Positions 13,574 to 26,709 of a stretch of DNA of 64,000 nt are shown here, in pieces. Numbering within the stretch: the first letter of the stretch is position 1; each line of letters starts with the position of its first letter. The DNA is from Balanoglossus misakiensis. Lineage: Eukaryota > Animalia > Hemichordata. The translations under genes were made by a program, and so were the position numbers. The notes under the pieces were generated by a model, which saw only the letters and a list, made by a program, of their open reading frames with translations, made no database searches and was not told the DNA's origin. Where the stretch lies: the NCBI GenBank assembly GCA_040954595.2, contig CM082579.2:9723625-9787624 (forward strand). Direction: 5' to 3'.

Positions 13574-14722
13574 TGTATGTATGAATGTATGTATGTATGT
13601 ATGTATGTATGTATGTATGTACATGTATGTACATGTATGTATGTATGTATGTATGTATGTATGTATGTATGTATGTATGTATGTATGTATGTATGTATGT
13701 ATGTATGTATGTATGTATGTATGTATGTATGTATGTATGTATGTATGTATGTATGTATGTATGTACATGTATGTACATGTATGTATGTATGTATGTATGT
13801 ATGTATGTATGTATGTATGTATGTATGTATGTATGTATGTATGTATGTATGTATGTATGTATGTATGTATGTATGTATGTATGTATGTATGTATGTACAT
13901 GTATGTACATGTATGTACATGTATGTATGTATGTACATGTACATGTACATGTACATGTATGTATGTATGTATGTATGTATGTATGTATGTATGTATGTAT
14001 GTATGTATGTATGTATGTATGTATGTATGTATGTATGTATGTATGTATGTATGTATGTATGTATGTATGTATGTATGTACATGTATGTATGTATGTACAT
14101 GTATGTACATGTATGTATGTATGTATGTATGTATGTTATGTATGTATGTATGTATGTATGTATGTATGTATGTATGTATGTATGTATGTATGTATGTATG
14201 TATGTATGTATGTATGTATGTATGTATGTATGTATGTATGTATGTATGTATGTATGTATGTATGTATGTATGTATGTATGTATGTATGTATGTATGTATG
14301 TATGTATGTATGTATGTATGTATGTATGTATGTATGTATGTATGTATGTATGTATGTATGTATGTATGTATGTACATGTATGTATGTACATGTATGTATG
14401 TATGTATGTATGTATGTATGTATGTATGTATGTATGTATGTATGTATGTATGTATGTATGTATGTATGTATGTATGTATGTATGTACATGTATGTACATG
14501 TATGTACATGTATGTATGTATGTACATGTACATGTACATGTACATGTATGTATGTATGTATGTATGTATGTATGTATGTATGTATGTATGTATGTATGTA
14601 TGTATGTATGTATGTATGTATGTATGTATGTATGTATGTATGTATGTATGTATGTATGTATGTATGTATGTATGTATGTATGTATGTATGTATGTATGTA
14701 TGTATGTATGTATGTATGTATG

Positions 14723-14754
<32 letters not shown>

Positions 14755-17029
14755 TGTATGTATGTATGTATGTATGTATGTATGTATGTATGTACATGTA
14801 TGTATGTACATGTATGTATGTATGTACATGTACATGTACATGTATGTATGTATGTATGTATGTATGTATGTATGTATGTATGTATGTATGTATGTATGTA
14901 TGTATGTATGTATGTATGTATGTATGTATGTATGTATGTATGTATGTATGTATGTATGTATGTATGTATGTATGTATGTATGTATGTATGTATGTATGTA
15001 TGTATGTATGTATGTATGTATGTATGTATGTACATGTATGTATGTATGTATGTATGTATGTATGTATGTATGTATGTATGTATGTATGTATGTATGTATG
15101 TATGTATGTATGTATGTATGTATGTATGTATGTATGTATGTATGTATGTATGTATGTATGTATGTATGTATGTATGTATGTATGTATGTACATGGATGTA
15201 TGTACATGTATGTATGTATGTATGTATGTATGTATGTATGTATGTATGTATGTATGTATGTATGTATGTATGTATGTATGTATGTATGTATGTATGTATG
15301 TATGTATGTACATGTATGTATGTATGTATGTATGTATGTATGTATGTATGTATGTATGTGTATGTATGTATGTATGTATGTATGTATGTATGTATGTATG
15401 TATGTATGTATGTATGTATGTATGTATGTATGTATGTATGTATGTATGTATGTATGTATGTATGTATGTATGAATGTATGTATGTATGTATGTATGTATG
15501 TACATGTATGTACATGTATGTATGTATGTATGTATGTATGTACATGTATGTACATGTATGTATGTATGTATGTATGTATGTATGTATGTATGTATGTATG
15601 TATGTATGTATGTATGTATGTATGTATGTACATGTATGTATGTATGTATGTATGTATGTATGTATGTATGTATGTATGTATGTATGTATGTATGTATGTA
15701 TGTATGTATGTATGTATGTATGTATGTATGTATGTATGTATGTATGTATGTACATGTATGTACATGTATGTATGTATGTACATGTACATGTATGTATGTA
15801 TGTATGTATGTATGTATGTATGTATGTATGTATGTATGTATGTATGTATGTATGTATGTATGTATGTATGTATGTATGTATGTATGTATGTATGTATGTA
15901 TGTATGTATGTATGTATGTATGTATGTATGTATGTATGTATGTATGTATGTATGTATGTATGTATGTATGTATGTATGTATGTATGTATGTATGTATGTA
16001 TGTATGTATGTATGTATGTATGTATGTATGTATGTATGTATGTATGTACATGTATGTATGTATGTATGTATGTATGTATGTATGTATGTATGTATGTATG
16101 TATGTATGTATGTATGTTATGTATGTATGTATGTATGTATGTATGTATGTATGTATGTATGTATGTATGTATGTATGTATGTATGTATGTATGTATGTAT
16201 GTATGTACATGTATGTATGTATGTATGTATGTACATGTATGAATGTATGTATGTATGTATGTATGTATGTATGTATGTATGTATGTATGTATGTATGTAT
16301 GTATGTATGTATGTATGTATGTATGTATGTATGTATGTATGTATGTATGTATGTATGTATGTATGTATGTATGTATGTATGTATGTATGTATGTATGTAT
16401 GTATGTATGTATGTATGTATGTATGTATGTATGTATGTATGTATGTATGTATGTATGTATGTATGTATGTATGTATGTATGTATGTATGTATGTATGTAT
16501 GTATGTATGTATGTATGTATGTATGTATGTATGTATGTATGTATGTATGTATGTACATGTATGTATGTACATGTAAGTATGTATGTATGTATGTATTATG
16601 TATGTATGTATGTATGTATGTATGTATGTATGTATGTATGTATGTATGTATGTATGTATGTATGTATGTATGTATGTATGTATGTATGTATGTACATGTA
16701 TGTACATGTATGTATGTATGTACATGTACAGACATGTACATGTACATGTATGTATGTATGTATGTATGTATGTATGTATGTATGTATGTATGTATGTATG
16801 TATGTATGTATGTATGTATGTATGTATGAATGTATGTATGTATGTATGTATGTATGTATGTATGTATGTATGTATGTATGTATGTATGTATGTATGTATG
16901 TATGTATGTATGTATGTATGTATGTATGTATGTATGTATGTATGTATGTATGTATGTATGTATGTATGTATGTTGTATGTATGTATGTATGTATGTATGT
17001 ACATGTATGTATGTATGTATGTATGTATG

Positions 17030-17061
<32 letters not shown>

Positions 17062-17237
17062 TGTATGTATGTATGTATGTATGTATGTATGTATGTATGT
17101 ACATGTATGTACATGTATGTATGTATGTACATGTACATGTACATGTATGTATGTATGTATGTATGTATGTATGTATGTATGTATGTATGTATGTATGTAT
17201 GTATGTATGTATGTATGTATGTATGTATGTATGTATG

Positions 17238-17271
<34 letters not shown>

Positions 17272-17893
17272 TGTATGTATGTATGTATGTATGTATGTAT
17301 GTATGTATGTATGTATGTATGTATGTATGTATGTATGTATGTATGTATGTATGTATGTATGTATGTATGTATGTATGTATGTATGTATGTATGTATGTAT
17401 GTATGAATGTATGTATGTATGTATGTATGTACATGTATGTACATGTATGTACATGTATGTATGTATGTATGTATGTATGTACATGTATGTACATGTATGT
17501 ATGTATGTATGTAAGTATGTATGTATGTATGTATGTATGTATGTATGTATGTATGTATGTGTATGTATGTATGTATGTATGTATGTATGTATGTATGTAT
17601 GTATGTATGTATGTATGTATGTATGTATGTATGTATGTATGTATGTATGTACATGTATGTACATGTATGTATGTATGTATGTATGTATTGTGTATGTATG
17701 TATGTATGTATGTACATGTATGTATGTATGTATGTATGTATGTATGTATGTATGTATGTATGTATGTAGTTATGTATGTATGTATGTATGTATGTATGTA
17801 TGTATGTATGTATGATTTGTATGTGTATGTATGTATGTATGTATGTATGTATGTATGTATGTATGTATGTATGTATGTATGTATGTATGTATG

Positions 17894-17927
<34 letters not shown>

Positions 17928-17973
17928 TGTATGTATGTATGTATGTATGTATGTATGTATGTATGTATGTATG

Positions 17974-18007
<34 letters not shown>

Positions 18008-18152
18008 TGTACATGTAATGTATGTATGTACATGTATGTATGTATGTATGTATGTATGTATGTATGTATGTCTGTTGATGTATGTATGTATGTATGTAGT
18101 ATGTATGTATGTATGTATGTATGTATGTTGTATGTATGTATGTATGTATGTA

Positions 18153-18204
<52 letters not shown>

Positions 18205-21200
18205 GTGTGTGTGTGTATGCATTTGCAATGAGATCCTCCGAAGAATTGATTACTGTTACAGTACGCTTTATCATCTTATGACGATAGCTGGTGGCATTTT
18301 CATAAATGCAAATGTCGAAAGTACGCCAGACACGTGGGTGGACAGCTTTGGAAATGTGTTGAACTACACAAACTGGAGACCGGGACCCAAGACGATTGGT
18401 GGCAATGACTGTGCAATCTTAAAAGTGTAAGTTCCATAACAAATGTGCCATTTTTCAGTCGCGTGAACCCTAGTGGCAGATCCCGGAGTTTTGTTGGTTT
18501 TCTGTGATCCACTTGGCCTATACCTCTAATCATTGAGCCTGACTCATCTGTTCAATCTGTGCACCGTTCACGACGGCATCCCTGGATCGTATCAGTCGAT
18601 GGTGGCACTATTAACAATCAACATGAAATGTGTTCAAAATACAAGTGTATAGCAAGGGTTTATTTAGTGCGCATTTGCATGAAGATGACACGGTCACACA
18701 GATACAATACACTAGTAGTATAGTCCTAGCCGTGTTTTGTCCGCTTTGCTTCCAAAAAGCGGACAAAATACGGCCAGGACTAGGCTAGGATTACTCGTGA
18801 CAGTAAGTTTATGCGTCTATACTGGACTAAGAACTGTGTTTCTTTTCGTTCCAGAGACGGTTGGAAGTCCTTCGGGTGTGGCTCTCCAAAGCCGTCAGTA
18901 TGCGAGAGAATAGGTAAAGTGTTCGAATTACTGTTCTTCCATCCTTTATTCATTAGAAATACTCTAGATAAGGGCAACTGTGAGCATGTTTGTTTCTCGA
19001 TTCTTGTGTTCTCTGGATGTTCAGTGAAAATGCGCCGTTTACAGTTTGTTGTGTACAAACAAAGACAATGTCATTGCCAAAAATCGGGAAAGGGTTCACT
19101 TGTTTGAAGATACCGAATTTTCCGCGAATATGTCTCTAACGGCTATGCATGACCCCAAATATTAAATACCAAACCGGAAGAGTGGATGGCTGGCTGGCTA
19201 AATGGATTGATGGATGGATGGATGGCAATGGACGAATTAATATTTGCAACTTGATATTATCAGATGGAGAGCTTCTGTACGAACAAGTCCTTATTCCAAT
19301 GGACTGGTTTGACGCACGTGACTACTGTTTGCTTCGCGGGAAAACGCTTGCTAATATAAGCAGTCACACGCAGCAAGATATTACCATGGCAATTGTTTCA
19401 CGAGGCCAATCAGGTACGAAAGCTTTCAGCAAGCTCTCATTGTTCTATATTGGCTTAATCATATTCAGCATTTGATTTCTCGACACAACCTATTCAGATG
19501 TAACAAGCGTACACAATCACTCCATTTAAATTTGACACTGTCATTAGGCACGAAGCTACTGCTATCTAATAAATGTGGCAAAGAAGTTGATTTTAAAACA
19601 TTTCTTGTTAGATGCCGTTGTGATGGGCGACATATCGTTTCAACAGCTATATAATTTTTTGTATGACTTTTGTTCGCCCAGACTTTTGGACAGACGTCAA
19701 TGACATTGAGGAGGAGGGTGTATACAAACACGCTTTTGAAGACGAAGTAACGGAGTCGTTCTGGGGTGAGAATCAGCCAGAGGAATCAGGAGAAAAAGAT
19801 TGTGCAGCTCTTTCTTCGAGAGGGTAAGGTTAACCAACGACTCGTTTGACGCTAACTGTCAATGATGGAAAGATATTTAACATGTTAACATCAATATTGT
19901 ACATGTAGTCCATTCAATATGCCATTCACAAGTGTGCAATCGGACACCAACCCTCTTTTGAGTCGGAGAGGACCAATCGAAACGCTATTCATTAATATAC
20001 CTCCAAGCCTGGCGCCACGGCAGAAAACATATAACCAGTTATGTGATGGATACACATCTTATTTGTAACGAAAGAACAATGAATAACACAAATCGTTGTC
20101 TAACCCAATGCCATGTCTTTCACATAATTATTCTTACAGCGGTGAACTAGGAAAGTGGACAATTCACCATTGTGACACAGAAATAAGATTTCTATGTCAA
20201 AATCAAGGTACGTATATATAGGGTATAAATTTAGATGTTGCGCATGCTCGTATGAAAATGTCGGCATATTAAGACTTTAGATGAAACGAAACCAATTACA
20301 TAGCCTTATAGGAAACTGCATACCAAATTTCAAAGTAATCGAATAAGCAGTTTCAGAACAGATTTTTTACCATTTTTGCGCATCGCTGACGGCGGAGCTA
20401 AAAACTTACCAAAGTGATATGTTGAGTGCTAATAAAATGACCATGCGTGACATCTGTTTTTTGTTTCATGAGTTCAACATTCTTCGGCCGATTGTTCGAG
20501 TCCTGCAATACCAGTAGATGCCTTCATAGAGACGAACGTATACAGCCTTCATGGCGTATATCCTTCCGGTTCGAAGGTCGCACTTGCATGTAACATCGAC
20601 CCCAGTGTGCACTACCAGATAGCGTGTCGAAATGGATCTTGGGACGGCGTGATGCCAAACTGTGATGATAGTGAGTATGAATATAGGTTACAGCACGTAG
20701 AAATGTGTGTACTTCTGAACGCCGAATACCGGAAGTACAATTTTGTCAGAGTTGGAGTTACTGGGGCTTTAAATTTAGTGCTATGTCAATCATTAACATC
20801 TATGGTGTGCTTTCTATATTACTGTTCACTTTTCAACAGCTGAAGAAAATCCAAGTATCACGGTCAGGTAAGCCATCGCCAGTATCTTGCGTTATGAACA
20901 TGATCGCGTGTCAAGTATGAGGCATAAGGCGTGACTAGATATGCCCATTTCTACTGTATTTGATGGAGTCTGATAAAATATCCATTCCCTCGATCGGTAC
21001 TCCTATTCTCAGTTTCAACATACATATAATGATACATGAAAGACTAACGTCTTTTTACCCCTGTGTATAATATGAATAGGCCTACTTATTTTTCAGTTTG
21101 ACTTGTATGATAATTCTTCTATTTTGTTTAGGTGCATTTCAAACTGTGGAGTTAAGATGAAGTCATCACTTCAGCTGTCATTATTTGCTGATTGTTCCAA

Positions 21201-24200
21201 CTGCATCGTCGGGTATCACGTTTCGTACACCTGGTTACTCTACAGAAAAGATGTAAACAGCACAGAATATATTGAGTTGGAGCAGTTGTCGCAGATTGCT
21301 ATTTCCGGTATGTACGAATGAGTTTACATGCGCCGGAAGAGGGAGTGATGTGTTTTTTCCGATATGTAGGAATGCGTTTTCATGAAATGTGATGTTTTTC
21401 CATTGCTGTCTTGTTATGGTCTCATATATAGACCGATGTGGCATAAATGTGTGAACATGTACCTCGTTGACCTCGTTCTCCGGGTCGCGCGACTATGGGT
21501 TGCATCACACGAAACCCTCTCGTGCTAAAATAAAGAAGTGCATGACGCGTAGTGATCGCACCGGAAGTGTCGACGGTGATAGTGACGGTGGTCACTTTCA
21601 CTTAGAACACGGACACGCAGCTCAGGTTTAACCCTCCAAATGCTGAAGTGACGCAAGTTCGGAAGTTTACTGAAATGTCACTTAAATGACTTTGTGTTTT
21701 CAGGTGTGTTTGGGCCCAACATAATACTACGTGAGAACTCACTTATACCGGGCAGGGAGTATAGGTTTACAGCGAAAGTGGTGAGAAATGACACGGGACG
21801 AAGTAGTGCTGTGGTCTTTGATTTCGTGACAAATACCCCGCCATTTAATGGAACTTGTGATGTAACGCCGAAATCGGGTAAGGATGGGTATTGCCAGAAC
21901 ATTCAGTATTGAAAAGATGAAAACTTTCAGTCTGCCACAAACACTGGACGGACAAGACCGTGCACATTACAGTGCAAAGCACTACTTTGCGTGAAAATAG
22001 CGTGTATCTCCGTGGGAGCCTTATTATTGGCACGGTACTTCAAGACAAGTAGTTTACAGATGTGTGACGTGAAGGACATGGACTGACTTTCTGGACTGAT
22101 TTCACACGTGCAATTTTCTATAACATTCACAAGTATGTCCCTTGTTCGGGGGATATATGATATGACAAGATATAATTGCAGCATTCTGCCATTCTCTTGT
22201 AAACTTTGAAAGTGAAGTGCAAATAATTAGGCACATCACATTAAAGTTTATAAAACAATAACCACTTGCTATCATAGAACGAAACAACAAAAGATCATAT
22301 TTAGTTCATTCAAGTACTTTATTGTCAAATTTACAGCCTTATTGTACATTCTCTATTTTAGGATATGTGTTACAAACACAATTCACATTCCATTGCGAAA
22401 ACTGGAAGGACGATGACGTCACAGGTGACCTACAACATGGTCTTGATGAAATTCCGCCGGAGGCACCCCTAATATATGAAGTTCGAGAAGGTGGAAATTG
22501 TTCAACCGACCCAGGTGTCATTCTGTATGTTTCACGTGCATCAAGTGGCAGTTTTGTTTTACCAAGTGGCTGCGAAGATTTAAATTATAGATTTGAAGTA
22601 ATTATAAACATTGTGGATATGGATGGGGAATCGGTGGAAATAATAGTTGCTCTTCGGGTAAGTTATCTTCATTCATTCGTTCGTTCGTTCATTCATTCAT
22701 TCATTCATTCATTCATTCATTCATTCATTCATTCATTCATTCATTCATTCATTCATTCATTCATTCATTCATTCATTCATTCATTCATTCATTCATTCAT
22801 TCATTCGTTGCACTTAATGATTTTGAACGTTTTAAAGCATATTTTTATTTAGCAAGGGCTTTGTAAGACATACCGACAAATTTCAATCCTTTATTTCCCG
22901 CAGGTACAACCACTAAATGACCCAGATACATTGACAAGTATATTGGACAACATCAGCAGTGGAAATGGTTCCTTGCCAACCATAATAGAGACAAATCCAC
23001 AGCTAGCAGTTAACTATCTGACAACATTACTTAAAGTAACAAATGTAAACAGCAGTTTTCTTCTTATGAGTTCACGGTAGAATTATGACTCAATAAATAA
23101 CTTGATTAGTGTTTGGAGTAAAACGGAAAGTTTGTACAACGATTTGACTTCTGAAATGCGAATAGAAATTACACGTGATAAGACCGTAGTTATTATACAT
23201 GTTGCAAAATTATTACAATGACTGGTTACAAACTCATTTGCATACAAACTTCCACAATACCAGTATGTTGAATACATTTTGATGTCAAGTTGGAGGTGGG
23301 TTATCAGTGATAAGTTTTTTATTTACACAAAGTTAAACTTTAGTCTCATTACCAGTGTGGAATTGGCCAATGAAATTAAGTATGCTGTAGAGATGGTAGT
23401 TTTAAATTTTGCTTGATCTCTTGCCATTAATTTGTTTCTATCTTAGGAACATCCTTTTGAAATTAATAAAACCAGAGATCAAATGAACAGCACCCTACAG
23501 GTTAGTAGTTCCCGATGAAGTTTTGCTTTGTTTTAAAACAATATTTCGGGATTACTGAAATTTACCAATGACTGTAAAATACAATTGGAAATGACATGAC
23601 ACTTACTTTTTGTGTTTTATTAACATTGTCACCAGTTAAACGCAGCATTGATTGACTCTGTGTGGCGGTTGGCATCATCGGGGCTTCTGAAAAACCAAGA
23701 TGCTGCAACACTCGAACAGACTGCATACATCATCAAAATGACAACAAATACAAAAGTAATGTCTGCAGAAACACAGGTAAAACCAATACAGGAAAGTGTT
23801 CTTTATTCGGTATGTGGTACCCTAATCATATATTATAAGGAGCCGGTCCAATTGTTTCCTCGTGCATTTGTACTGTAATATCCTAGCATGTGTTTAGAAA
23901 TGGTTGTCAATGACACAGGTAACTGACTGAAAGACTTCTTTCTTCCTACAGAGAAAGGCTGCTTCATCCCTGTCAACCATTGCGGATGGATTGACCCATC
24001 TAATCAAGTCGAGTGACCCCACAACACTGAACAGGACAGTTAAAGGTAGCGGTGCCAATGGTTGAAGAACATAATTATAAACATTCTCATCCATACTCCA
24101 TGAAATCATAAGCTAAATGTCATAATTACAGGGTCAGTTTAAGCACACAATAAACCAGCACAGTACAGGCAACAACCAAAGGAAACTCATTATGTAATTG

Positions 24201-26709
24201 TCTTGCACAAAGGATAAACTGGTAAATGTATTCGCCGGTTGATGAGAGTAGAATATTGCTTTCTGTCGGGGGACATTGATGAACATATAATTGAAATCAA
24301 CATTCTTGTCACAAGGCTCAGTAGATCTTGAGTCAAAGGCGATACAAATATCCAACAATGGAGCAAGAGAAGCCGATTATGTAGTTTCGAAGGTTTAAAC
24401 TTCAATTCAGAGGTTGATTCATATAGGAATATTCAGTGGAAAGCTTGGCAAAGTAGACATATTTTTCTGTTGTTTTTGACCTAATTTATTTTATGTTGTA
24501 CATACATCTGAGAGAAAATATACTTTTATCCTCAGCTATCCTGCCTAGCTGTTCAAGTCTCTTAACGGTATCCTTGAAGACGCTATCGGACGCCGAGGGA
24601 GGGGTAAGCACTACACCAGTCTGGTTGGTTGGTGGAGGGGGAGAGGGAAATCGAGAGAAAGAAAGAGAGAGGGTGGTGAGAGAGAGGGGGAGGGAGAGAA
24701 GGGGGGGGGGGAGAAATGAATGAATGACAAATAACTGGCATCTGTGGCATTTTGATTAGATTATTACCGAGTTGTGTCATGATTAATTTTAAAACAGATT
24801 TCACCGAGATGCATTTGGCTGGGTTTGCAGCTCGCCTTTCTTAACACCATACGAGGTTGATGAACATTTACATTAGTTTACCATTTACCATTGCCAGGCA
24901 CACAACAGTTTACCCGATCTGGTTCTTCGTGCAATTGACTCTACACTTATGAATGCATTACATCTTATTCCTCCATCCACCGGCGAGGTGACGTATGAAA
25001 CAAACAACTTTAAGGCGGTGCTGTCGATGGATAATGTCTCTTCACTTTGCGGTAAAACATTCAGCGACGAAGATTCTGGCGCTTTCTCAATTGTGGATGA
25101 TTGCGACCAAAGACAAGACCAACTTCAAGCCAGGGTATACAGCAAGGTACGAGTTCAAGTCTCTTCTTGTAAGAGTTGTACCAATTTGCGCACTATAAAT
25201 ATCACACAGCAGATTCTATCGTTTTCTGGTGCGTGTCTCACTGCTACCGTTGTCGCATTTACAGTTCGTCGTTTACCGAAAGAATCCGTACATGGCCAAA
25301 GATGGCGAGCCTTTCCGTAATTCGCCGGTCGTCGCCTTCGATCTGCTCGATATCGAGTCAAAGGCCGTTGACAGCTCCCGTTCTTACACATTCGAGGTCA
25401 CAGTAGACAACTCCAGAACCAAAGAGACGGAAATGCGATATCAGGTGACGCCAACCTCAGGTCTATGGACGTCATTCAACATTTCCTCCGCTGAAAGCAT
25501 GCTTGTATTAACGGTTGTTCCCGATGTTCCTTCCGTTATCTACGATGTCTACGTGGGAAGAGATTTTATGCCAAGCGAGACCACATATGATGAAAAACTG
25601 ACACTGGACACACATCTCGGCGACAGGGTTTATGTCGATTCATCAAAAGAGGGTGTCTACATGGTTCTACTGGAAATCAAAAGTGGGTGTTTTATAATTT
25701 TCGCGACGATTAAATATAGATGAATTCTACATGATTATGTGGATGACGAAATGTAACATTGCATGCTCAAATAATCTTAATTCCCTAGTACTTTAGAATA
25801 CATTTGGACATGTTGCCTGTGTGTACTACATGCTTCAACTGTCATGTGCAAAATACGAATATTTTCTAACATAAGACTCTACTCCTAACTCCAGAAGGGC
25901 GTAACGACGAGATCACAGAACACTCCTCCAGTGCATCCCACAACGGAACACTAATCGCCAGTTTGGCCGTGTGTAGGTACTGGGACAAAAGTGAGCTTTC
26001 ATGGCTGTCCGAGGGATGCAAGGTAATGTATGCCTGCTACATTTTCAGGCTCAGAGAGACAGTCGATCGTGTGTGGAAGGACCATGCCATAGGCAATAGG
26101 CGAATGAATTGATCGAGTGTTAACAGTTTCATATTCTCTTTTGCTACTAACAATGTGAAATGTTTTGTATAGAAACATGCAAACTTGTGTGATTAGAGAA
26201 GTTCGGATGGGCAGGCACGGCTGATGACCACACAGGGGTGATTCAGTTTCGTTGAGCTACACTGAAGTTTTGTCCAAAAGGCTAAGGTGGATATGTGTGT
26301 CACTCGATCCAAAAATTCTATGGACATATTTTTAACAAACAAAGCTTTTACAGCAGGTGTGAAGACTACAGATTTCGATTAAAGTCGTTACCACAAAATT
26401 ATCAATACCAGAGCACGAGACGGTGTTAATTGACAGAAATCAAAAGTTCTCTAGTCATTTCAGACCTAACAACGAAAACATATACTCTTCATTTTGTAGG
26501 TGAAGTCTGTTTCTCCACCATCTACTGTCATTTGTGAATGCAATCATCTGACTTCTTTCTCGGCGTCTGAGGTCAGTGTACCTGTACATCGGACCAAGTT
26601 CAAGATGGCTCTTTCAAACGATTCTCTAGAGAACTAGATATTAATGACCACTTTTTTGGCGAGTTTGTCAGTGTACGTTTTGCTGTTTATCATACTGGCA
26701 GTGCGAAAG
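6925..26709 (+). CDS. Polycystin-1-like / REJ-type (receptor for egg jelly-like) protein, paralog B: SP-CTL-FTP-CTL-CTL-CTL-sushi-REJ-GAIN/GPS-(TAG)-TM; ~1416 aa to the in-frame TAG
   Basis: Exons: 6925-7018, 9061-9361, 9557-9627, 9923-10126, 10622-10837, 11135-11296, 11694-11823, 12069-12130, 12408-12557, 18288-18426, 18855-18913, 19264-19413, 19682-19823, 20140-20207, 20473-20670, 20840-20867, 21132-21307, 21704-21877, 22362-22657, 22904-23044, 23447-23500, 23636-23776, 23952-24045, 24536-24603, 24898-25146, 25265-25682, 25895-26022, 26500-26709; all phases join. REJ motifs CISNC..LSLFADCSNC..YTW, NTPPFNGTCDVTP.SG, QTQFTFHCENWKD..PLIY..LPSG; GAIN NPY; GPS CRYWD..SWLSEGC..CECNHLTSF. Tentative last exon 26877-26891 (CIKQ*). 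Could be a recent pseudogene. Confidence 0.85.
7622..7842. mobile_element. MITE (~220 bp) in intron 1 of paralog B only
   Basis: Terminal inverted repeats agggcccggtcagaattaacag / ctgttaattctgaccaggccct; internal gaccctcccc subrepeats; no counterpart in the left arm. Confidence 0.8.
12558..18216 (+). repeat. ~5.6-kb (GTAT)n microsatellite with GTACAT/GAAT variants, ending in (GT)n; fills intron 9 of paralog B
   Basis: Direct reading; explains all YIHT/MYVC ORFs. Begins exactly at the splice donor GTATGT (12558). Confidence 0.99.
18721..18782. mobile_element. Short palindromic MITE-like hairpin
   Basis: tagtcctagccgtgttttgtccgcttt ... aaagcggacaaaatacggccaggacta (27-bp arms, 2 mismatches). 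Confidence 0.65.
22668..22806 (+). repeat. (TTCA)n microsatellite just downstream of an exon donor
   Basis: Direct reading; gives the spurious IHSF tail of ORF 22322..22852. Confidence 0.97.
25975..26559 (+). other. GPS autoproteolysis motif of paralog B, split over two exons (HL/T at 26545-26553)
   Basis: CRYWDKSELSWLSEGCK | VKSVSPPSTVICECNHLTSF matches the canonical GPS consensus. Confidence 0.92.

Noticed and set aside
12558-18216. CRISPR-like array or telomeric repeat
   Set aside because: 4-bp unit with no unique spacers, no cas genes, not TTAGGG-like, and eukaryotic intronic context.
12458-18281. Very long YIHT/MYVC-repeat ORFs (up to 1938 aa) in all six frames
   Set aside because: (GTAT)n has no stop codons in any frame, and the tract lies between two in-phase CTL exons, so it is an intron.
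26635-26643. Programmed stop-codon readthrough or selenocysteine at the REJ stop
   Set aside because: The codon is TAG followed by ATA, not the TGA-CTA readthrough context, and Sec requires TGA.
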